The notes: a model not told the origin generated them from the letters alone. Positions 1 to 9,585 are shown, counted from the first letter of the stretch. The stretch: 17,194 bases of DNA from Octopus sinensis (GCF_006345805.1 NW_021824938.1:1-17194); one strand, 5' to 3'. Numbers and translations: made by a program.

Positions 1-81
1 CCCCGTACTACTAACTGCTTATTCATGATTTTGCTAATTTGCTTGATCCTGTGTCCAGCCCTGAGGCACATAGATGCATGC

Positions 82-165
82 ATATATATATATATATGTG
101 TGTGTGTGCATGTGTGATCTTGTGTGTGTGTAGGTGTGTGCGTTTATGTGTGTGTGTGTGTGTGT
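82..165. repeat. (TA)n/(TG)n compound microsatellite
   Basis: Direct reading of dinucleotide runs. Confidence 0.9.
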
Positions 166-310
166 ATCTATATTCGTATTGATATTGTTGTCGATAATCA
201 CCTTATGTTTTGTTTATGTTTGATTGTTTACAATTATCACGCTTTAACTGTTACTTACGAACCTAAAAGGCGCTCTCGCCACTTGAACATTGTTTGCTTT
301 ATTTGTTTTC

Positions 311-576
311 TTGCTGCGGGGTCATTCCGAAAAGCTCTATCTGCGACGATTTCATCTCAATCGAAGGAGTGGGGCTTTCTCCGTCCGGGTTGCTGATCCG
401 TGGAATAAGCTGCCAGACGAGATGGTGAAGATGCCGACGACCGCTTTGTTCAAAGTCTCCCTTGACCTCAAGTGGCCTGAACTCTTTACATGAACACCAC
501 CCTGTACATAACTCCATGTCCCCCTACATGGCCTTGCTTTTTGTTTTTTGAGCAAAAAATTAACTAACTAACTAAC
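311..576 (+). mobile_element. CR1/L2-group LINE, 5'-truncated 3' end (ORF2 C-terminus, 3'UTR, (TAAC)n tail)
   Basis: Frame 290..493 reads LRGHSEKLYLRRFHLNRRSGAFSVRVADPWNKLPDEMV...FKVSLD, matching the CR1-type terminal motif (RGH.xKL...FS.RV...WN.LP..VV...FK..LD). Stop at 491-493, short UTR, then (TAAC)4 at 561-576. Confidence 0.85.
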
Positions 577-719
577 ATATATATACGTACATATAGACGT
601 GTGTGTATGTGTCTTTGTGTGTGTGTGTGAGTATGCGTCGACAAACGAAAGAGACACTCCGGCGCATTGATTTCATGGTACGTATATATCATAACGAGTT
701 ACGTTCCAATAACAAGCTT

Positions 720-886
720 CCAGAAATTTTATGGGACAGAATCAAACTGGTTTTTAATAATAACCGCAAGAATATTTCGCAAGGTTCTTGGAGCATGACC
801 AGTAAACAAGTGTCTCACTAGTCTGCTTGCTGTAAGCAGCTGACACTTTCCATCATACCTAGCAAAGTAAGCTGAGAGTTTGCATC
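720..886 (+). mobile_element. R4/Dong-clade retrotransposon 3' end (family A)
   Basis: acc gca aga ata ttt cgc aag gtt ctt gga gca tga = TARIFRKVLGA*, the R4/Dong terminal motif (GTAxILRxVL*). Its 3'UTR aligns with the reverse complement of 9103-9200, and it runs directly into (AAT)n at 887. Confidence 0.75.
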
Positions 887-946
887 AAATAATAATAATA
901 ATAAAATAATACAACAACAACAACAACACCAACAAACAACAACAAC

Positions 947-983
<37 letters not shown>
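887..983 (+). repeat. (AAT)n/(AAC)n microsatellite
   Basis: Direct reading. Confidence 0.95.
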
Positions 984-1514
984 GGCTCTCATGGCTTCTG
1001 ATCTTAACTGATTGGAAGTGTTATCATGTACATTGTTTTGTCTTGGTATAAAAGATGGGCTACAGCAAATATTCTGCTCAATACCACAGATTTGCTTGTC
1101 AGTTGCTTGACCGTAACCAGTTCAGCATGTCCCTTAGTGGCTGACGATATGTGCATCTCTGATCACGAGCAGAAGTAGTGGGGGAGCATCATAGCCATGT
1201 GTTGAGAGGGATTCTTTGTAGTTTGAATAATTCACCTCTGGAAACATGGGTGGTTCTTTCAACATCCTTAAACAACCCTTATTCAGGGACATTTTGAGCG
1301 GGATGGGCTACTCGACCTGAAGAAAATTCTAACTGGGCCCCACCTGCAAGGTCATGTGCTGTTTATCTTCATATGAGATCACCATGTCGCGGACATATGG
1401 TTGTGATGCATGTGCCTGGTGTACCCTTATCAGACGGGTAGTCATGATGGGTATATTGGGCTTCGTATATTTTACCCCAGTGTCACTTTGATGTCATGAA
1501 CTGCTCTCTCACTC
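984..1514 (+). mobile_element. ORF-less interspersed element embedded in (AAT)n, copy 1 (lacks first ~24 nt of copy 2)
   Basis: Colinear, highly similar copy at 14391-14968. Both end ...ctcactc followed by (AAT)n. This copy starts at ggctctc, which corresponds to 14415. Confidence 0.8.
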
Positions 1515-1583
<69 letters not shown>

Positions 1584-1608
1584 TTAAAATAATAATAATA
1601 ACAATAAT
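1515..1608 (+). repeat. (AAT)n microsatellite
   Basis: Direct reading. Confidence 0.95.
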
Positions 1609-1890
1609 AGTGAAGACGAAGAGCGCGATTCGGTTGTAAGATATTTTATCATTTGACCGATACTTCAACAGTACGTATGTCTTTGTCAAGTTTAAAATAA
1701 GTGATTAAAATTCAAAATTACAGAATTTAAACGCAAATTATGAACGAGAGCAACCAGCATTTAAAGTTCTGTAATTTTGAATTTTTATCACTTCTTCTTT
1801 TGAACTTGACAAAGACAGACAGACGTACTGTTGAAATATCGTTCAACTAATAAAATAGCTTACAATCGAATCGCGCTCTTCGTCTTGACT
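1609..1890. mobile_element. Foldback / MITE-like element: long imperfect inverted repeat
   Basis: Left arm 1609-~1730 (agtgaagacgaagagcgcgattcggttgtaag...ttcaaaattacagaatttaa) matches the reverse complement of ~1761-1890 (agtcaagacgaagagcgcgattcgattgtaag...ttcaaaattacagaactttaa), with a ~30-nt spacer. No clear TSD, so the mobile-element call is inferred. Confidence 0.7.
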
Positions 1891-1932
1891 GTTTACCTTT
1901 GTGAAGAGTTACGTCAATCATTTTTTAAAAAT

Positions 1933-2210
<278 letters not shown>

Positions 2211-2218
2211 AATTTTTT

Positions 2219-2503
2219 TAAAAAGGTACTGAAACCTATTTGAAATGATTCCAGGCTCACCATCCCTATAGGAAGTGCAAAAAATCGTATTAACTGGAAC
2301 GGCTCATGTACTGAGAAGAGCATTATCGCTGTGAAAACAACATCCATCCATGAATTTATTTATTTATTAATTTTTAAATACATATTTTATCTGTGAATTT
2401 GCGTGTGTAATCTAGGAATGCATACAATGAGCTTCTCTGCCCGAGGTGTATGGAAAACACTCGGCGAGAAACGGAAGAAAATTTGAAGAAAGAAGGAAAA
2501 AAC
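2219..2503 (+). mobile_element. R4/Dong-clade retrotransposon 3' end (family B)
   Basis: From 2245: MIPGSPSL*EVQKIVLTGTAHVLRRALSL* (stop 2332-2334), the R4/Dong terminal QKxxLxGTAxxLR motif. A 3'UTR follows and ends in (AAT)n at 2504; (AAT)n also lies on the 5' side. Confidence 0.8.
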
Positions 2504-2515
2504 ATAATAATGATG

Positions 2516-2551
<36 letters not shown>

Positions 2552-2585
2552 TAATAATAATAATAATAATAATAATGATAATAAT
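2504..2585 (+). repeat. (AAT)n microsatellite
   Basis: Direct reading. Confidence 0.95.
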
Positions 2586-2940
2586 ATCTAAATTGATCCA
2601 TCATGTACGTTTGATTACAGGATCGTAAAGAAAGAAGACAAAAAGAAAAAGAAAAACAATGAATTAAAATTTGAAATCGCAGGAATTTGGAATATGAAAA
2701 GTGTAAAGGTTATGCCTATAATAATTGGTGCATTGGGAACTGTAAGCAAAGATATAGACAAATGGTTGAAGGAGATTGGAATTCTATAGAATTTTGGCTC
2801 TTAGAGACAGAGAAGATTTTCTGAATGGTCTTAAGCGCTTGAAAGAATAACTGACAGATTGTAGATACCTAAGGTTACAGGTAGTAACCCGCTACCCACA
2901 TACATTCTGCCTCGAAATAGGACGAATTTGAATTTGAATC
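2586..2940 (+). mobile_element. R4/Dong-clade retrotransposon RLE domain and 3' end (family C)
   Basis: IDPSCTFDYRIVKKEDK (frameshift) KKNNELKFEIAGIWNMKSVKVMPIIIGALGTVSKDIDKWLKEIGIL*, then degenerate LETEKIF*MVL. This matches the RLE C-terminal IDxxxP...KYxxL...W...IPxxIGALG region. (AAT)n lies on both sides. Confidence 0.85.
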
Positions 2941-2952
2941 AAAATAATAATA

Positions 2953-2984
<32 letters not shown>

Positions 2985-3122
2985 GTAATAATAATAATAA
3001 CAACAACAACAACAACAACAAAAACAACATGAGTAATATATATATAGAGAGAAAGAGAGACAGATAGCCAAGGAGAAAAAGAAGAAATGCAGACAGAGAG
3101 ATAGAGATAGAGATAGATCGAT

Positions 3123-3160
<38 letters not shown>

Positions 3161-3170
3161 TGAGAGAGAA
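2941..3170 (+). repeat. (AAT)n/(AAC)n followed by (GA)n/(GATA)n microsatellites
   Basis: Direct reading. Confidence 0.9.
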
Positions 3171-3189
3171 CTATATGTGTGTATGCGTA

Positions 3190-3405
3190 TTTTTTTTCTA
3201 CTCTAGTCACAAGGCCCGAAAGTTTGGGGGAGGGAGCCAGTCGATTAGATCGACCCCAGTACACAACTGGTACTTAATTTATCGACCCCGAAAGGATGAA
3301 AAGCAAAGTCGACTCGGCGGAATTTGAACTCAGAACGTAAAGACAGACGAAATATCGCTAAGCATTTCGCCCGGCGCGCTAACGTTTCTGCCAGCTCGCC
3401 GCCTT
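3190..3405 (-). mobile_element. tRNA-derived SINE, family 1 (octopus OK/OR-type), variant 3' tail
   Basis: Minus strand reads aaggcggcgagctggcagaaacgttagc (A-box-like) ... gagttcaaattcc (B-box), then gtcgactttgc..ttcatcctttcggggtcgataaattaagtaccag. Homologous to 7985-8218 up to the gtcgat..atcgac hairpin, then a different tail. Confidence 0.9.
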
Positions 3406-3784
3406 TTGTATGTAGGCGCATTGTTAGAACGCCCATGTATGTTTCTGCGTCTATATGTCTGTCAGTCTGTCTGTCTGTCTGTCTGTCTGTGAGAAATAAA
3501 TGGCGTGTGTCTAATTTGCATATATTAGAATGTGTGTCATGACTTATATGTGGGACGGATTAAGTACACGTCATTAAAATGTAATTTATTTAATAACATA
3601 ATCCGGCTATCGTAGCTGCCATCAGAGATATGCAGGAATTTTCTGATAGCACAAATTGAAGCCCTTATCAAATACACTATAAATATTTCCTGTTAAACAT
3701 CTTAGATTTTCTTTAACAGAAAATCTTTGTAAATTATCGTAATTGATCTCGATTAATGAGACGTTTTAAGATATTATTCGCAGG

Positions 3785-3963
3785 TATTGTTGTGCAGTAA
3801 TGATGTCCGCTTTGCAAGAACGTGGTTTTCGGTTCAGTCCCACCCTGTGGCAGTTTGAAAAAGTGTCTTCTACAAAGTGGCGGGCTGAGTAGTGGTTTGT
3901 GAGTGAATTTGGTAGATGGATACTCTGTACAAAACCCGTCGTATATAAAGTGTGTGTGTGTGT

Positions 3964-4014
<51 letters not shown>

Positions 4015-4106
4015 AGCGTATGTGTGTTTCTGAATAACCAACGCAGGTCACTGCTGCTTGGTAACCTTTGTTGGTTTATTTACCTGCCTATAACTTAGTG
4101 GTACGG

Positions 4107-4151
<45 letters not shown>

Positions 4152-4251
4152 TTTGAGCGTATGTGTGTTTCTGTATAACCAACGCCGGTCACCGCTGCTT
4201 GGTAATCTGTGTTGGTTTCTTTACCTGCCTATAACTTAGTGGTACGGCACT
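3785..4251 (+). mobile_element. Old, diverged tRNA/CORE-type SINE (family 2) with tandemly duplicated tail module
   Basis: ggttcagtcccac..gtggca..ttg..aagtgtcttcta...gtgagtgaatttggtagatgga...cccgtcgtatat(TG)n aligns with the reverse complement of 4720-4886. The segments 4011-4110 and 4152-4251 are near-identical and resemble the family-2 post-microsatellite module. Confidence 0.75.
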
Positions 4252-4447
4252 TTGTGTGTGTGTGTATGTCTGTGAGTGTGTGTGTGTGTGTAAGTGTATG
4301 TGTGTTTGTGTGTGTGTGCGTGCCAGAGCTGTGCTGTCAGGACTGAGCTATGATTTGAAAAAAGCCGTTAATAAACCCGAAACAGCTGGTGTTGAAGCTG
4401 AGCACGGAAGATCGAATATGGATATGGAGGTACTCCAAGGAACAAGA

Positions 4448-4671
4448 TATACTCTCTTTACTCTCTTTTACTTGTTTCAGTCATTTGACTGCGGCCATGC
4501 TGGAGCACCGCCTTTAATCGAGCAACTCGACCCGGGACTTATTCTTTGTAAGCCCAGTATTTATTCTATCGGTCTCTTTTGCCGAACCGCTAAGTGACGG
4601 GGACATAAACAGACCAGCATCGGTTGTCAAGCAATACTAGGGGGACAAATACAGACACACAAACACACACG

Positions 4672-4721
<50 letters not shown>

Positions 4722-4886
4722 TACGACGGGCTTCTTTCAGTTTCCGTCTACCAAATCCACTCACAAGGCTTTGGTCGGCCCGAGGCTATAGTAGAAGACA
4801 CTTGCCCAAGGTGCCACGCAGTGGGACTGAACCCGGAACCTTGTGGTTGGTAATCAAGTTACTTATCACACAGCCACTCCTGCGCC
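4448..4886 (-). mobile_element. tRNA-derived CORE-type SINE, family 2 (OR2-like), full length with internal (TA)n(TG)n and (AAAAGAGT)-type tail
   Basis: Minus strand: ggcgcaggagtggctgtgtg (A-box region), ggttccgggttcagtccc (B-box-like), CORE-like ccttgggcaagt, internal microsatellite at ~4652-4720, then a 3' module. A second colinear copy lies at 15632-16038. The family name is recalled, not searched. Confidence 0.88.
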
Positions 4887-5284
4887 TATACAAATATTTT
4901 TTGTAATAAGTATACTTTTTTAAATTCTGGAACGGAAAGCAGCGAGAGGACAGACGAGGACAATGTGTCTGGTTTATATTAGCAATAATTCTCTTACCAA
5001 TTGTAAAAATCATCTGCTACCGGTACTGAACGAATCCCATAACTTCGTCTGAATTCCACCACTGATCATGCTTATGCCACCACGCTTATCTTTGAAAAGT
5101 GCTACACCAAGAGGATACTTTCAGATCAAGTTGTTTTTGCTCTGAAGAAACAGATGTAAATAACAAATTCTTCTCCGTTGTGTTTGATATTGTCGCAACT
5201 AACGCTAGATGGCTCCCCATCATATACACAGATCTACCATCGGGAGATTTGAAGTGAAAGGAAAGAGACATGGTGACGCAGCGT

Positions 5285-5287
5285 CGA

Positions 5288-5326
<39 letters not shown>

Positions 5327-5411
5327 AGAAGAAGAAGAAGAAGAAGAAGAAGAAGAAGAAGAAGAAGAAGAAGGAGGAGGAGGAGGAGGAGGAGGAGAAG
5401 AAGAAGAAGAA

Positions 5412-5468
<57 letters not shown>

Positions 5469-5500
5469 GAAAAAGAACAAGAACAAGAACAAGAACAAGA
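5285..5500 (+). repeat. In-register compound trinucleotide tract (GAC)n(GAA)n(GAG)n(GAA)n(GAT)n, then (GAACAA)n
   Basis: Direct reading. It produces the spurious poly-T/K/E/M ORF 5209..5526. Confidence 0.95.
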
Positions 5501-6342
5501 GTTTAAAACCTGGTTTTCTTCGTTAGTCTATATTTTACTTTCATTCTGTGTCTAGTTTCAGAAACATACAAGACGTGTGAGTAGGGTGAAGATTTTACAG
5601 ACTTTTGACAAAAGATTTTAATGTAGGTATCTATATAATGAAAGTGTGTGTGTTGAAATATCAACAAATACGACTCTACCAAAATACACCAGAATGCAAG
5701 TTATTAATAATATTAATAATATGTTAACTTGGTTATAAAAAAATCCCTCTCTAAATCGTTAGAATAAAAAAAAATAAGGAAAAATTATTCAGATTAATTC
5801 TAAAGTTTGAGATGGTTCGAGATATTCGTAATGTAAATGCCAAAGAATCGAGAAATTAGTGATTTATTGGTATTGTTTAATCGACTTGTTACAATATCAG
5901 CCTTGTTCGTTGAATTTTAATCCCTATCACTTGTGTAGAGTAATCATGCTTTGTCCCTAGAGAAAGCATTTAACTTCAGTTCCCTTGAATTATGCCCGAT
6001 AAGGATGCTGTCATTTTAAAATATCGCCTACACTTTAAAAAGCATCCACAATGTTGTAATATCACCAGTATATTCAAAAAAATATTAAAAAAAAAAACGA
6101 AACATTACCATTTGGAGAAAAGAAGATTTTTATAAAAAAAAAGCAGCCATTTAAATAGTCAGCGCCATATTAAAATAGCAATTGAAGCGCCCAGCTGACA
6201 CCGCTTCACTGACTACAAACTTGTTAAGATATAAATTTCATTCGTTCTTGTTTTAATTTGTTTGTCCAGTTCATGTTAATTACACAATCAGTAAAGCGTT
6301 TCGCCAAAGTAATTCGTCCATTAAGGCACAAAAGCGATTAAT

Positions 6343-6365
6343 ACATACATACATACATATATATA

Positions 6366-6435
<70 letters not shown>

Positions 6436-6505
6436 ATACATATACATATATATACATATACATATATATTATATATATATAATATATATATATATTATAT
6501 ATATA

Positions 6506-6549
<44 letters not shown>

Positions 6550-6585
6550 ATATATGTATGTATATGCATGTATGTATGTATGTAC
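6343..6585. repeat. (TACA)n/(TA)n/(TATG)n microsatellite
   Basis: Direct reading. Confidence 0.95.
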
Positions 6586-6908
6586 GTGCAACAACGTAAA
6601 CATCGCAAAAAATGTCGCATCCACACGATCAGCAGATTATATCGATCATACATCGTTAGAGAAGATTTTTACGATTCCCTGGCTCATACTTAATCAATCA
6701 ATAATGTGTTGCTATTGTTGTTGTTTTTATTTAGTGTGTGTGTGTGTGTGAGAGTGTAAATTTATTACATATTAAATCTATTATTTGTTTATAAACTTTT
6801 AGTTTTTTTTGCATATAAAATTAAATGTAAATTTCCACCAACTTCTAAATTTTGTATAATTTTTTTTATTTTTTGCATTTCACGTATTTGCAATTGGTAC
6901 TACAACTA

Positions 6909-6926
6909 CTAATAATAATCATAATC

Positions 6927-6967
<41 letters not shown>

Positions 6968-7206
6968 TAATAATAATAATAATAATAATAAAATAATAAT
7001 CATAATAATAATAATCACAATAATAATCATAATAATAATCATAATAATAATAATGATAATAACAGTAATAATAATGATGATGATAATGATAATAATAATA
7101 ATTAATAATAATAATAATGATGATTATGATGATGATGATGATGATGATAATAATAATGATGACAATAATGATAATGATGATGATGATGATAATGATGATG
7201 ATGATA

Positions 7207-7265
<59 letters not shown>

Positions 7266-7383
7266 AATAATAATAATGATGATAATAACGATAATGATGA
7301 TGATGAGGATAATGATGATGATGATAATAATAATAATAATAATAATAATAATATAATAATATAATAATAATAATAATAATAAT

Positions 7384-7421
<38 letters not shown>

Positions 7422-7433
7422 CAACAATAATAT
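6909..7433 (+). repeat. Long (AAT)n/(GAT)n/(CAT) compound microsatellite
   Basis: Direct reading. Source of ORFs 6852..7364, 6909..7427 and 7117..7356. Confidence 0.95.
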
Positions 7434-7984
7434 TACTGCAATTAGTATTTTTGTTATGCTACCACTGCGATTGTCGTTATCGTTACTATAGGAGTCAAAT
7501 GTATTCTAAGGGTTTATTCGCCTTTTGCATTTTGTACAAATTGTATTTTCATCTCCCTCCTGTATATGAATGAGTGCATGTGTTTACGTTAACGTCTTGT
7601 TGTTGGTGTTGCTGTTGTGTTGTAGTAGTAGTTATTGTTGCTGTTGTTTGGCCCAAGGGAGACCTGGCTGAGATGAGCTATGTTCCAGCTGTGACCATCC
7701 TGTGTTTTCACACCTAGTTAATCTCGGAATTCATCATCCAAAAAGTCGTTCTCCTTTCTTTTTTTCTTTTTTATTTATTTATAAATTTTTTTTTTTGTTA
7801 ATGACGTTTGGATGTAATTTGAGGAAAATATGGTTGCTATTTCTTGCAGATCGAGTCACTGCCTAGTAGCACCGTCGTTAGATCAACATCTGTATGCTTC
7901 TGTTTGCCGGAGCGTGCACGTAAGTATCTGTGGTACGAATGCACGTATGTCTTTGCGCGTTTATGTATGCATATATATGCATAA

Positions 7985-8218
7985 AAGGCGGCGAGCTGGC
8001 AGAAACGTTAGCACGCCGGGCGAAATGCATAGCCGTATTTCGTCTGCCGTTACGTTCTGAGTTCAAATTCCGCCGAGGTCGACTTTGCCCTTTCATCCTT
8101 TCGGGGTCGATTAAATAAGTACCAGTTACGCACTGGGGTTGATGTAATCGACTTAATCCGTTTGTCTGTCCTTGTTTGTCCTCTCTGTGTTTAGCCTCTT
8201 GTGGGTAGTAAAGAAATA
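7985..8218 (+). mobile_element. tRNA-derived SINE, family 1, full-length monomer
   Basis: aaggcggcgagctggcagaaacgttagc...gagttcaaattccgccgaggtcgactttgccctttcatcctttcggggtcgatt...tail ending taaagaaata. The central part resembles my recollection of the Meta/MESC SINE domain (unverified). Confidence 0.92.
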
Positions 8219-8501
8219 TATATATGCATAAAAGTGTGTGTGTATATATGTCTGTTAATGTGTGTCTGTATACGTCCATCTCTCTGTGTATACGCGTTAA
8301 TGCCTGTGCGTATATATTCTTTGTTAGATGCGAAGCAGGCTCTCCTGAATAATTAAGACGTTCGCTTTGCAATCAAGTGTTCATATATCAGATCCTACCT
8401 TATGAATCGAATAATTCATTTTCCTTGTATTGGTCGTGTCGCTATTATTTTTAATGCGAACCCATTTTCTGCTTAGTTTTTTTTTCTCATTATATTGTAT
8501 T

Positions 8502-8940
8502 GTGTTATTGTATGGGGCTGAAACATGGCGAACAACAGTTTAGTCAAATAAGCAAATACAATCATTCATCAACAGATGCTTGCGTAGTGTACTTAAAATT
8601 AGATGGCCCGAACACATAAGCAATATGGAGCTATGGCAAAGAACAAATCAAGTTTCGATTAGGGAGAAATATTTAAGAAAAAAGTGGAAGTGGATTGGTA
8701 GCACAATTAGAAAAGACACACCAAATGTAAAGAAAAGTGCTTTACAGTGGAAACCGGATGGATATAGAAAGAAAGGTAAGCCTAAGAACTCGTGGCGTAG
8801 ATCAACACAAAAGAAACTACAGAGTGGGGGACATTCATGGCAGAGTCTAAGTACACAAACGAAAAATTATTCGACGTGGAATTCAACTACAAGTGGCCTA
8901 TACTCCGCGTTGGAGGGTTAAAGGCAGGAAAAAAATATTT
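8502..8940 (+). mobile_element. RTE-clade LINE, 5'-truncated 3' end of ORF
   Basis: In frame from 8502: VLLYGAETWRTTV*SNKQIQSFINRCLRSVLKIRWPEHISNMELWQRT...WKWIGSTIRK...ALQWKPDGYRKKGKPKNSWRRS, matching the RTE C-terminus (LLYGxETW...CLRxIL.I.W...SN.EL...W.GH..R...W.P.G.R..GRP...W.R). Stop at 8921, then a short A-rich tail. Confidence 0.9.
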
Positions 8941-9102
8941 CTTTCCCATGTCTGTTGATTCTTCTTTTCCCTCACAACTTTTATATATCTCAGTCTCTGT
9001 TTTACATTTAATGACCTACTTGAAAACAGAGAACATTTGTTTTGATGTTTCTTTCATAGTTTGTCGCTGGAATTATTATTACTAATATTATTTTTATTAT
9101 GT

Positions 9103-9360
9103 GATGAATACTCAAAGCTTATTTTGCTGGGTGTGATGGGAAGTGTCAGCTATCCACACCCGGCAGACTAAGGTGAAACTTGTTTACTAGTCATGCTTCA
9201 AGGACCCTGCGAAGATCCTTGCAGTTCCAAGCAATACTGATTTGTGTAGGTGTTCTGTCTTTACATTTCTACCAGTCTTTTTCAGCTATATTAGCAGTTG
9301 AGAACAGATGCTCCCAAGTGCACCAATTACTATCTCCTCATGGACCTCAACATTCGTATA
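9103..9360 (-). mobile_element. R4/Dong-clade 3' end (family A), minus strand
   Basis: Minus strand: YTNVEVHEEIVIGALGSICSQLLI*LKKTGRNVKTEHLHKSVLLGTARI (1-nt frameshift) LRRVLEA*. The 3'UTR is homologous to 800-886 and is followed by an AAT-rich tail (plus-strand 9072-9100). Confidence 0.85.
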
Positions 9361-9585
9361 GAACTGGGTTTTATGCCTATTTCCTCTATCCATCTGTTCA
9401 GATCTTTAGGAATAGTTCACAATGCACCTATAACTACTGGGATACATTTTATAGTCTCTGTAATTCAATAGCTAAGTCCTGGAACTTCACTATTTTTTCT
9501 ATACTTCTCATATTAATTTTTTCATCATTTGGGACTGTAAAGTCAGTTATCTGGTGCTTTCCATTCTCTTTATCTATTATTATTA
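9361..9585 (-). mobile_element. R4/Dong-clade RLE domain fragment, fused to the family A fragment
   Basis: Minus strand: IIIDKENGKHQITDFTVPNDEKINMRSIEKIVKFQDLAIELQRL* (frameshift) KCIPVVIGAL*TIPKDLNRWIEEIGIKPS. Confidence 0.85.

Noticed and set aside
1138-1180. CTGACGA...GAAG hammerhead-like core in the ORF-less element
   Set aside because: GAAA is absent, stem II does not pair and no stem I/III partner was found. An HDV-like fold at the 5' end was also not supportable by eye.
4328-4429. Open frame AVLSGLSYDLKKAVNKPETAGVEAEHGRSNMDME with cag/gt boundaries
   Set aside because: Weak splice context (no polypyrimidine tract, donor gtactc) and no recognisable homology.
6003-6047. Small hairpin ggatgct..ttttaaa/tttaaaa..agcatcc
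   Set aside because: Too short and AT-rich to exceed chance; not pre-miRNA sized.
6140-6180. Two YY1-like GCCAT motifs
   Set aside because: Short motifs with no independent promoter evidence.
7645-7710. Possible fragment of another interspersed repeat (gttgtttggccc...ttccagctgtgaccatcc)
   Set aside because: Only one short copy in the window; the resemblance is from memory and cannot be verified.
7985-8070. Possible tRNA genes in SINE heads
   Set aside because: A/B-box-like motifs only; no complete cloverleaf recognised, and each continues into a SINE body.
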